A stretch of 64,000 nt of DNA from an uncultured Gammaproteobacteria bacterium (lineage in GTDB: Bacteria; Patescibacteriota; Microgenomatia; Levybacterales; GWA1-39-11), in NCBI GenBank assembly GCA_964627245.1, contig CAZVGS010000004.1, forward strand, positions 22,806 to 86,805, written 5' to 3'. Under the pieces are notes generated by a model. The model saw nothing but the letters and a program-made list of their open reading frames with translations, was not told where the DNA came from and made no database searches. Shown piece after piece: positions 56,067-64,000 of the stretch (its first letter is position 1; the number at the start of each line of letters is the position of its first letter). The position numbers and the translations under genes are program-made.

Positions 56067-56731
56067 ATGTAAAAAAAGAGCTTGAAAAAGTAGGGTGTCT
56101 TTATAGCGGGCATTTTGTCGGAGTAAGCGGAAAGCATTTGGCCGGATATTGCAATATAGATCCTCTGCTTCCTCATGTTAACTTAGTAAGTAAGATGATC
56201 AGAATGCTCGTTTCAAATTTTAGGGATCTAAATGTAGAGACTGTTGTTTCTCCCGCTGTTGGAGCGATTCCTTTTTCACACTGGGGAGCATATCATTTAT
56301 CAAAAATGACCAAAAAAGAAGTGAAAGGAGTTTGGGCGGACAAAGTCAAAAGCGCTGAAAAAAAAGCTTTTGTATTTGAAAGACAAGGATTTATTGAGGC
56401 CGTTAGGGGAAAAAGAGTTTTAATTTTAGAAGACATAATAAATCAAATGTTTTCAATCAAAGCAACAATTGAGACGGTCGAAAAAGCTGGCGGAAAAATT
56501 GTAGGAGTTGGTTGTGTAGCCGCAAATAGGGGAGTAACAAAAGATGCTATGAAAGTAGCAAAATTCGTAAATCTAGTAGATATTTTTTATGATGTTTGGA
56601 CACCAGAGGAATGTAAAAAAACGGGACTTTGTAGTAAGAAAATGCCTATTGTTGCAGATGTTGGACATGGGGATGAATATAAAGAAAAAAACCCAAAATA
56701 TGAAGGGGGTTACATCAGGCTCCTAAAGTAA
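56063..56731 (+). CDS. pyrE: phosphoribosyltransferase, probable orotate phosphoribosyltransferase (divergent PRPP motif)
   Basis: Type I PRT fold with PRPP-binding-like VLILEDIINQMFSIKAT. 4-nt overlap with pyrF. Confidence 0.55.
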   Translation: MNVKKELEKVGCLYSGHFVGVSGKHLAGYCNIDPLLPHVNLVSKMIRMLVSNFRDLNVETVVSPAVGAIPFSHWGAYHLSKMTKKEVKGVWADKVKSAEKKAFVFERQGFIEAVRGKRVLILEDIINQMFSIKATIETVEKAGGKIVGVGCVAANRGVTKDAMKVAKFVNLVDIFYDVWTPEECKKTGLCSKKMPIVADVGHGDEYKEKNPKYEGGYIRLLK

Positions 56732-56745
56732 AAAGCTCACAAATC

Positions 56746-57735
56746 ATGAAAAAAGTTGCGGTACTCGGTGGCGGAACAGGAACTTTCACAGTGCTTTCAT
56801 CTTTAGTAAATAAAAACTATGATCTTTCGGCACTGCTTACTATGGTTGATGATGGGGGGTCGAATAAAGTGCTAAGGGATGAATTTGGGCTACTGCCAAC
56901 ATCAGGGATAAGACTTGCTATGGTAGCTCTTTCTTCAGAGCCTTCACTTCTGCGAGAGTTATTCACTTACCGTTTTAACAAAGGAACAGGCATTAGTGGC
57001 ATGACTTTTGGAAATCTTTTCCTAGCAGCGGTTACTGACATTGTCGGTTCTCAGGAAAAGGCTATTGAGACAACCAGTAAATTATTATCAGTCAAGGGAA
57101 AAATAGTCCCTGTTTCATATGAAGATGTGAAATTGGTTGCCGAATTTGAGAATGGGTTAAAAGTAGTTGGAGAGCATGCAATTGATGAGCCGAAGCACGA
57201 CGGAAAATTAAGAATTACCAATCTTACAACTCAGCCTAGGGCAGTTATTAGTGAGCAGGCAAAAGAAGAAATTCTTAATGCAGACGCAATAATAATTGGA
57301 CCGGGGGATTTTTACACTAATACTATCTCAGATCTGATAATTGAGGGAGTCGTTGAATCAATTCAAAATTCTCATGCAAAAGTAATTTTTGTTACAAATC
57401 TAATGACGAAATATGGAGAAGCTTACAACTACAAAGTTTCGGACTACTTAAATGACCTGGCTAGATATATGCCAATTGAAAGAATAGATACTATTCTTAT
57501 CAACAATGACATCAGTTATCCAAAAAAAGTAATGGAAAAATATGAGAAGGAGCATTCAATTCCTGTTGAGGATGATTTAGATAAATCAAACTTGCAAATT
57601 AAGGCAGAAATTGTAAGATCTCCATTGCTTCTTAAGAAAGAAATAAAGGCTCAGGATGGGGACATCTTAAAAAGAAGTATGATAAGACATAGCCAAAAAA
57701 AGTTGGGAGTGGCATTGGCAAAAATTATCGGATGA
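56746..57735 (+). CDS. yvcK: YvcK/CofD-family (UPF0052) gluconeogenesis-factor-like protein
   Basis: VAVLGGGTGTFTVLSSL...LLTMVDDGGS motif. Confidence 0.8.
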   Translation: MKKVAVLGGGTGTFTVLSSLVNKNYDLSALLTMVDDGGSNKVLRDEFGLLPTSGIRLAMVALSSEPSLLRELFTYRFNKGTGISGMTFGNLFLAAVTDIVGSQEKAIETTSKLLSVKGKIVPVSYEDVKLVAEFENGLKVVGEHAIDEPKHDGKLRITNLTTQPRAVISEQAKEEILNADAIIIGPGDFYTNTISDLIIEGVVESIQNSHAKVIFVTNLMTKYGEAYNYKVSDYLNDLARYMPIERIDTILINNDISYPKKVMEKYEKEHSIPVEDDLDKSNLQIKAEIVRSPLLLKKEIKAQDGDILKRSMIRHSQKKLGVALAKIIG

Positions 57736-57736
57736 T

Positions 57737-58354
57737 ATGACCAAAGACGAGAAAGTAAAAAAAATTGTTTCGGTTCTAAAAAAACTATATCCCAATCCCA
57801 AGACACCACTCAACCATAGTAACCCTTGGGAGCTTTACGTTGTTGTCGCGCTTTCCGCCCAGCAGACTGATGTCGGAGTTAATAAAGTGACGGAAACACT
57901 TTTTCAAAAGTACAAAAAACTAGATGACTATAAAAAAGCGAGTCTTGAGGAGTTTGAATCTGATATTCGGTCAATAAATTTTTACAAAGGAAAGGCAAAG
58001 GCCATTAAAAAAGCTGCCGACATCGTTTCGGAAAAATATGGAGGAAAACTTCCTGAAACAATGGATGAGCTACTAGCATTACCATTTATAGGACGAAAGA
58101 CAGCAAATGTAATTTTGCAGGAGGCTTTTGGAAAAACGGAAGGCATTGTTGTTGACACCCATGTAAAGCGGTTGAGTAATTTGTTTGGTTTAACTTCCCA
58201 AAAAGAACCTGTAAAAATTGAAAAAGATCTTATAGAAATAGTTGATAAATCTCACTGGCGGGAATTTGGGTTAGGTTTAATTTACTATGGACGGGAGCAC
58301 TGTAAAGCAGCTTGTCTTCATCAGAAATGCCCTTTGAATCTCTACATGAATTAA
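57737..58354 (+). CDS. nth: endonuclease III (HhH-GPD base-excision glycosylase)
   Basis: HhH-GPD LPFIGRKTANVILQEAFG. C-terminal Cys cluster HCKAACLHQKC. Confidence 0.8.
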   Translation: MTKDEKVKKIVSVLKKLYPNPKTPLNHSNPWELYVVVALSAQQTDVGVNKVTETLFQKYKKLDDYKKASLEEFESDIRSINFYKGKAKAIKKAADIVSEKYGGKLPETMDELLALPFIGRKTANVILQEAFGKTEGIVVDTHVKRLSNLFGLTSQKEPVKIEKDLIEIVDKSHWREFGLGLIYYGREHCKAACLHQKCPLNLYMN

Positions 58355-58356
58355 TT

Positions 58357-58635
58357 ATGGAAAATGAAAAGAGACAAGAAACAAGAAGAGAATTTGTAGC
58401 TTCTGTAAAAGATCTATTATCACAAGGTGATGTTTTTGGATTAGATCCGATTATCTTAAGAGTGGGTTCGAGGGATTTGTCAGTTTCGGTCACTGATAAA
58501 GAAAAAAAAATAGTCAGAACAGCTTTTTATGAGAAAAGTGATGAAGGATACGTTTTTCTTGAAGCAGACCACGTGTATCATCCATTTGAAAACGGGATAT
58601 TGAAGCACGATGCGCTTCATACTTTTCATAAATAA
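58357..58635 (+). CDS. hypothetical protein (93 aa)
   Basis: ATG lies 2 nt after the nth stop. No motif recognised. Confidence 0.4.
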   Translation: MENEKRQETRREFVASVKDLLSQGDVFGLDPIILRVGSRDLSVSVTDKEKKIVRTAFYEKSDEGYVFLEADHVYHPFENGILKHDALHTFHK

Positions 58636-58641
58636 ACAATC

Positions 58642-59127
58642 ATGATTTATTGGTTTTTTGGATATCCTGGGGTGGGAAAAGACTATTGTGCGATGAAGCT
58701 TGCGCAAATTTGCAATATTTCCCACATTGATGCGGATGAATATTTGACTGATAGAGAAAAAAAGAAACTAGTTGAGGGTAAATTTACAACAAAAGATAGA
58801 TTGATAAAACTTAAGCGGATAGTTATAGATCTTCAAAGCATCAACAGTTTCAATTCGTTTACAATCGGAGATTCTTTACCAGACAATGCTTCCAGAGAAT
58901 TTGTTCTTAATTCTCTTGGGGAAAACGTAAAACTTATTCATGTTACTTCTCCAAGTTATCTTCATAAAAAGAGAATGAAAAGAAGAAAAAAACATTTTTT
59001 TACTTTGGATTTGTTGGATTCTTATATAAGTAATAATTGGGAAGATATAGAGGTTAGACATTTAGAATTTAATAATATTCCGTCAAAAGACTGGGAGGAG
59101 AGATTGTTTGCTCTAGTCAGTATATAG
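58642..59127 (+). CDS. P-loop nucleotide/nucleoside kinase-like protein
   Basis: Walker A FFGYPGVGKDYCAMKL at the N-terminus. AAA_33/gluconokinase-like size. Confidence 0.55.
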   Translation: MIYWFFGYPGVGKDYCAMKLAQICNISHIDADEYLTDREKKKLVEGKFTTKDRLIKLKRIVIDLQSINSFNSFTIGDSLPDNASREFVLNSLGENVKLIHVTSPSYLHKKRMKRRKKHFFTLDLLDSYISNNWEDIEVRHLEFNNIPSKDWEERLFALVSI

Positions 59128-59201
59128 CCTCAAAGTTTTTGCTTCAACCTGGCACAGCGGCCAAAAACAAAAGGTTCTGTGTCAAGTTCAGGATGATTTA
59201 A

Positions 59202-59357
59202 ATTTTAGATGGGAGAAGAAAGAAAAAAATAATTGCAGCCTTAAAAAACTATTTTCCAAGCGAAAACACCACAAAATTATCCAAATCTTTGGGAGTTTTA
59301 TGGTTGCATGCATTCTCTGCTCAATAGACTTATGTTGGAGTAAATAAAATTATCAAT
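59202..59357 (+). pseudogene. decayed duplicate fragment of the N-terminus of endonuclease III (nth)
   Basis: Translation KKIIAALKNYFPSENTTKLSKSLGVLWLHAFSAQ*TYVGVNKIIN aligns to Nth residues 7-52 (KKIVSVLKKLYPNPKTPL...WELYVVVALSAQQTDVGVNKV). It has an in-frame stop and no start codon. Confidence 0.65.
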
Positions 59358-59468
59358 TAGTGTTTAGGTATAAGAATTTGAAAGGCTAACGAAATGTTAA
59401 ATTTGAGGGCTTTGAAAAGGAGTTAGTATTAATAATCCCTATAAAGGAGAAGTTAAGGTTATAAAAAG

Positions 59469-59903
59469 CTAACTACTCTGCCTAGTCTTCTGTTCTTTAC
59501 CATTCTCTATTGCTCCGACAACTCCGCATGCACCAATCAATACAGTGGGTAATCCGAATAATAGGGCTATATTAGCGTTGTCTTGATAATTCTCATAACT
59601 CGCATCTAGGCTTGGAAGAAGTACAACCTGATTTTCTGATAACCGGATTGATCTTGAGTTAACGAGTTTATGCTTAACTTGGAATATTAAATTTATGTAT
59701 GTTTCTCTTTGTTCATCTGTTAATTCAACCAATTCTCCTTTATTTTCACTGTTAAATCTTGAAAATTCTGATTTTATCTTTCCATAGCTTTGGTGAGTTT
59801 CATAGCTTTGGTAGACAGTGCCTCCCAGACAAGCCATTCCTAATAGGTAGACGGTGCTCATTGCAACATCTCTTTTTGTGGTTTTGTATCTCTCCAAATT
59901 CAT
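59469..59903 (-). CDS. hypothetical membrane protein (144 aa)
   Basis: Two predicted TM segments. No homology recognised. Confidence 0.4.
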   Translation of the reverse strand: MNLERYKTTKRDVAMSTVYLLGMACLGGTVYQSYETHQSYGKIKSEFSRFNSENKGELVELTDEQRETYINLIFQVKHKLVNSRSIRLSENQVVLLPSLDASYENYQDNANIALLFGLPTVLIGACGVVGAIENGKEQKTRQSS

Positions 59904-60006
59904 ACCAGCATTTTATCATATATACAAATTTGGGTGATTTAGTTTATAAATTGTCTAGGTCGCGATACATCCCATAACGCTTTATAGATTTTGAAGGGAC
60001 GATACA

Positions 60007-60202
60007 ATGACAAATATAAAAGATCTTTTTAAATCAGCAAACATTGTACTTAAAGTGTCTCCTGATGATGTTATAGGATCAGCGCTTGAAAATGCAAAAA
60101 AGCAGTCACGACCTTGTTTTTGTATATGACGGAAAAGTTTTTTTGGGATTTATTTCTGAGTCGATACAAAAGTTAATGGAAGAAATATTATTCCAATTTT
60201 AA
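60007..60202 (+). pseudogene. frameshifted small CBS-domain gene
   Basis: Frame 1 gives MTNIKDLFKSANIVLKVSPDDVIGSALENAKKQS and stops at 60127. The +1 frame continues LVFVYDGKVFLGFISESIQKLMEE, a typical CBS C-terminal half, up to 60202. The shift lies next to a T8 homopolymer. Confidence 0.5.
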
Positions 60203-60329
60203 GGGAGGCTTCTGAGAAAATCGGCAATCAAATAAAATTAAATCACAAAAAAGTACCGCTAGATTTAGAATAAGAAAAAACCTCATTGGTCTCGAGTTTG
60301 TTGCCTCAATCTGATACAATAGGCGCTAC

Positions 60330-62219
60330 ATGAAAGCTTCAGAAATACTTAATAAATATATTGCTTTCTTTGAAAAAAGAGGACACACAAGGATTGAGAA
60401 TTCTTCACTCGTCCCCTTAAATGATCCGACAACTTTATTTACCTCTTCTGGTATGCAGCCGTTAGTACCTTTTCTTTTGGGTGAAACCCATCCTCAAGGA
60501 GTAAGACTTGTTAATGCCCAAAATTGTTTTCGCGCGCAAGACATTGATGAAATAGGAGACAACAGACATACGACTTTTTTCAGGATGCTAGGCAACTGGT
60601 CGTTGGGTGATTATTTTAAAAAAGAACAAATTCCATGGTTTTTCGAATTTTTGACTAATAAAGTAGAAGGGATTGGTCTTGACCCCAACAGGCTATACGT
60701 GACAGTATTTGCAGGTTCTAAATCCATTGAAAAAGACACAGAAAGCTATGAAATTTGGAAAGGTTTGTTTGAGAAAAAGGGAGTAAATATGGATGGAAGA
60801 ATTTCAGAATATGGTGTTGAAAAAAATTGGTGGTCTAGGGCTGGTATTCCTGAAAATATGCCTGTTGGTGAACCTGGAGGACCTGACTCTGAGGTTTTTT
60901 ATGATTTTGGATCGGACGAGCGAAGCGAAGGAGATCGCCCGCGCGGCGAAGCCGAAGACCGGCGTGGCGGCTTGGGGATTCACGAACTCTCCCCATATGC
61001 ATCTGAAAAGTGTCACGTAAATTGTGATTGCGGAAGATACCTAGAAATAGGCAATTCAGTATTCATGCAGTACATAAAAACAGAAAATGGGTTTGAAAAT
61101 TTACCAAAACAAAATGTTGATTTTGGAGGAGGTCTCGAGCGTCTTGTTGCCGCATCCGAGAACAAACAGGACGTTTTTGAAACATCTTTGTTTGCACCTA
61201 TTATTCAAACAATCATAAATACTACTGCAAAGGATTATCAAAAAAATTCTTCCGAAATGAGGATAATTTTGGATCACATGACAGCTTCATGTTTTATGAT
61301 TTCAAATAGCATTAAGCCTTCCAATAAAGAACAGGGTTATGTCTTAAGACGTCTAATCCGACGGGGACTGGATAATTTTTATCTTCTGAACGGCGATACG
61401 ATAGTGTCTGTGGTTGAGAAGATTGTTGAGCAGTACTCGGACACAGATATTGTTTTAAGAGAAAAGTTTGAAGAAATTAAAAATACAATTCTTGAGGAAG
61501 AAGCATCTTATCAAAAGGCTTTGTCCGGCGGGAAAAAACTGATAGAGAAAGAGGTCGCAAAGTTGAAGGATGAAGTAAAAGTGGGAGACGAACTGAAAGG
61601 ATTAACACTAATTTCTGCAGACACTGCTTTTAAGGCAATTACATCCTACGGACTTGGACCAACTCAGCTTGAAAGTTTGGGATACACTTTTGATAGAAAA
61701 GAATTAGCTGAAAAAATAAAAGAACATCAAGATCTTTCGAGAAAAGGAGCAAGTCAAAAATTTGCCGGAGGCCTTGCGGATCATTCAGAATTGACTGTCA
61801 AAGGTCATACCGCAACTCACCTAATGCACCAAGCAATAAGGGATATATTAGGAGACAAGGTTCATCAATCGGGGAGCAATATAACCTCAGAAAGGGTCAG
61901 GTTTGATTTTAACTGTGATGAAAAATTGTCTGAGGAGCAAATAAGACAAGTTGAGGAAACAGTAAGAAAAAAGATTGAGGAGGATTTGCCTGTTCATTTT
62001 GAGATAATGACCCTTTCAAAAGCGAAGTCTTTGGGAGCAATTGGATTATTTGACGAAAAATATACTGAGAATGTAAAGATATATTTTATAGGGGATTATT
62101 CAAAAGAGTTTTGTGGAGGCCCACATGTTGAGCACACCAACCAGATAAAATCTTTTGATATACTAAAGGAAGAAAGCGCATCACGTGGTGTGAGGCGTAT
62201 CTATGCTAAAGTAACATGA
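60330..62219 (+). CDS. alaS: alanine--tRNA ligase, short form (catalytic + tRNA-recognition + editing domains, no C-Ala domain) with a GC-rich Arg/Gly/Glu-rich in-frame insertion
   Basis: N-terminal motifs HTRIENSSLVP..DPTTLFTSSGMQP and FRMLGNWSLGDYFK. CDCGRYLEIGNSVFMQY region. Editing-domain HxxxH...CGGPHV. Insertion SDERSEGDRPRGEAEDRRGGLG encoded by 60905-60990. Confidence 0.85.
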   Translation: MKASEILNKYIAFFEKRGHTRIENSSLVPLNDPTTLFTSSGMQPLVPFLLGETHPQGVRLVNAQNCFRAQDIDEIGDNRHTTFFRMLGNWSLGDYFKKEQIPWFFEFLTNKVEGIGLDPNRLYVTVFAGSKSIEKDTESYEIWKGLFEKKGVNMDGRISEYGVEKNWWSRAGIPENMPVGEPGGPDSEVFYDFGSDERSEGDRPRGEAEDRRGGLGIHELSPYASEKCHVNCDCGRYLEIGNSVFMQYIKTENGFENLPKQNVDFGGGLERLVAASENKQDVFETSLFAPIIQTIINTTAKDYQKNSSEMRIILDHMTASCFMISNSIKPSNKEQGYVLRRLIRRGLDNFYLLNGDTIVSVVEKIVEQYSDTDIVLREKFEEIKNTILEEEASYQKALSGGKKLIEKEVAKLKDEVKVGDELKGLTLISADTAFKAITSYGLGPTQLESLGYTFDRKELAEKIKEHQDLSRKGASQKFAGGLADHSELTVKGHTATHLMHQAIRDILGDKVHQSGSNITSERVRFDFNCDEKLSEEQIRQVEETVRKKIEEDLPVHFEIMTLSKAKSLGAIGLFDEKYTENVKIYFIGDYSKEFCGGPHVEHTNQIKSFDILKEESASRGVRRIYAKVT

Positions 62220-62291
62220 CAGTTTGTAGTTGATGGTTGGTAGATTTAACTCTTCTAGCTATTAACTGCAAACTACTAACTACAAACTAAT

Positions 62292-64000
62292 ATGCGACTG
62301 CCTGCCATACCATTTTTAACCAGATCTGTACAAACAGAATTTTTCTTAGCTTTAATATTTGAATCTGATAAGGTAAGCTCGATTCTTTTTAAGGAGCAGG
62401 AGAAAAAACTTCTTATTCTTGGCTCGGTCGAGGCACCCATTGACCTTGAAAGCGCATCTGCCGAAGAATTAATAGTTGCCTGTGACAAAGTAATATCAAA
62501 AATTGAAGATAATTTACCCGAGAATGCAAATTTGGAAAAAACAATATTTGCGACTCCATATTCTTGGGTCGAGGAGGGAAAAATAAAGCCGGATAGACTG
62601 GCAATACTTAAAAAATTAAGCGAAGAACTTGCTTTAACGCCGATGGGATTTATTATATCGGTTGAGGCAATAATTGCATTTCATCAAAAAAAAGAAGGAG
62701 CTCCTGTAAATGGAATTTTTGTAGAAATTTCAGAAAAATATTTAAGTGCATATATCGTTAGATCCGATAACATTATTGATGTTCAGACGGGTTCGATTGA
62801 CGGATCTGTTGAGTCAACTGTTGAAAGATTGCTTGCGCAAGTTACAAAACTTGACGTTTTGCCTTCAAAGATTGTTCTTCTTTACAATAAAGAAGCTGAA
62901 GAAATTTCACAAAGATTTTTATCGCACCACTGGACCAAAGATTTGCCTTTCATGCATTTGCCTCAAGTTTCAATTCTCGAGAAAGGATTTGAGAGTGAGG
63001 CAATTATTAGCGGGGTTGCTTCACAGTTGAATGCTGATGTTGGCGGTGATATTTCAACCGAAACCGAAGCAATGCAGTATGAAGAGTCAGGTCTTGTAGA
63101 AGTATCATCGGATGATTTTGGATTTGCGGCTGATGAGGACATCGCGTTTAAGAAGGAAGAGTCGGAGAGTAAAGTAGATGAAAACATTGCCATGGCTGAC
63201 GATTTTGAATTTAGTAAAGAAGAAGTACCGGTCAAGCCAATCTTAAGACACCACGATGATAACCCTTCGGCAAGTCCGGACGAATCGGAATTTGAGGAGG
63301 ATATTCCTGAAAAATTCGGTGGTTCTACAGGTTTTTTTGCAGGTAAAATTGGATCTTACTTTTCGGCTTTTTTAACTCCTAAATCAATTTTTGGAATTGT
63401 AAATAACTTTAAGAATTTCCGAAAATTCATAATTCCCTTCTGCGCGCTTATTGTTGTAGTTGTTCTCTTGATTTCATACTACTCATTTATAGTGCAGGCA
63501 AAGGTAATCGTTTTTACCGATCAAAAGGCATTTTCCGAAAATGCAATGAATATAACTCTTACATCCTCTGGTGAGTCCTCATTTGAGGATAAAGTGTTGA
63601 AAATACAAACAATTGAGCAGAGCGCTTCGGGAGAGCAATCTCAGGAAACAACAGGTGTCAAAGACACGGGCGAAAAGGCAACAGGCAGTCTAACTATTTT
63701 TAACAAGACCGAAAAACCAAAACAGCTTGATAGAGGAACGACGGTAGTATCATCCAACAATCTTGAATTTACATTGGATGATTCGGTAAATATAGCATCA
63801 ACAAGCTCTTTTTCAACTTCATTTTCAAGTGCTCAAGCAAAAGTTACCGCTTCACGATTCGGGAAGGAATACAACCTACCGTCCCAAACCAATTTTACTG
63901 TTGAAGGAGAATCCTCATCCGATATATTCGGAAAAAATGACCAAGCATTTTCGGGAGGATCGAAAGAACAGATACAGGTAGTTTCAAAGAAAGATCTTCA
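62292..64000 (+). CDS. hypothetical large membrane-anchored protein (3'-truncated at window edge; not in supplied ORF track)
   Basis: I translated 62292 to 64000 codon by codon in this frame and found no stop. One TM helix (IIPFCALIVVVVLLISYYSFIV) around 63430-63500. Acidic linker before it. Confidence 0.6.
   Translation, partial: MRLPAIPFLTRSVQTEFFLALIFESDKVSSILFKEQEKKLLILGSVEAPIDLESASAEELIVACDKVISKIEDNLPENANLEKTIFATPYSWVEEGKIKPDRLAILKKLSEELALTPMGFIISVEAIIAFHQKKEGAPVNGIFVEISEKYLSAYIVRSDNIIDVQTGSIDGSVESTVERLLAQVTKLDVLPSKIVLLYNKEAEEISQRFLSHHWTKDLPFMHLPQVSILEKGFESEAIISGVASQLNADVGGDISTETEAMQYEESGLVEVSSDDFGFAADEDIAFKKEESESKVDENIAMADDFEFSKEEVPVKPILRHHDDNPSASPDESEFEEDIPEKFGGSTGFFAGKIGSYFSAFLTPKSIFGIVNNFKNFRKFIIPFCALIVVVVLLISYYSFIVQAKVIVFTDQKAFSENAMNITLTSSGESSFEDKVLKIQTIEQSASGEQSQETTGVKDTGEKATGSLTIFNKTEKPKQLDRGTTVVSSNNLEFTLDDSVNIASTSSFSTSFSSAQAKVTASRFGKEYNLPSQTNFTVEGESSSDIFGKNDQAFSGGSKEQIQVVSKKDL

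Noticed and set aside
58312-58356. The longer start (MSSSEMPF...) for the small ORF overlapping the nth 3' end.
   Set aside because: The internal ATG at 58357, 2 nt after the nth stop, gives a non-overlapping gene. The extension is unsupported.

Overview
This window reads as a compact, AT-rich bacterial chromosome segment with about 70 tightly packed genes, many overlapping by 4 nt. The gene content fits a reduced-genome monoderm of the Patescibacteria/CPR type, but no rRNA gene is present to confirm that. Gene content includes protein-coding genes, two decayed gene fragments and several putative regulatory RNA structures. No rRNA, tRNA or CRISPR arrays were seen.

Housekeeping blocks:
- nusA, infB, a degenerate DHH-like gene, rpsO and pnp
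- a Lon-like AAA+ gene without peptidase domain, rnj, glgP, ftsK, a rodZ-like gene, pyrF, a pyrE-like gene, yvcK, nth and alaS
- tgt, dnaJ-like, a 2-hydroxyacid dehydrogenase, a polyprenyl synthase, a secreted M4 (thermolysin-like) protease, and two ClpC-like AAA+ paralogues

Accessory content:
- A type IV pilus operon on the minus strand (4.2-12.6 kb). It holds pilB, pilC, four proteins with prepilin N-termini including a 989-aa giant pilin-like protein, and an untyped membrane protein.
- A five-gene efflux cluster (21.2-29.3 kb): periplasmic adaptor, ABC ATPase, MacB/FtsX-type permease, a second adaptor, and a 1102-aa RND pump.
- The most unusual locus (30.4-36.8 kb): four paralogous secreted proteins built from roughly 70-95-aa N/T/G/D-rich repeats with paired cysteines. 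One ends in LPATG plus a hydrophobic, positively charged tail, and a sortase gene follows it directly. Two of the genes carry terminator-like hairpins in their leaders.

Other oddities:
- Arg/Gly-rich, GC-rich low-complexity tails or insertions in PNPase, AlaRS and the DHH-like protein.
- A GC-rich structured element upstream of rnj.
- A two-gene island of shifted composition (47.9-49.7 kb).
- Apparently leaderless promoters for rpsO and nusA.
- A gene-decay zone (59.1-60.3 kb) with an nth fragment and a frameshifted CBS-domain gene.
- A long ORF running off the 3' end of the window that is missing from the ORF track.
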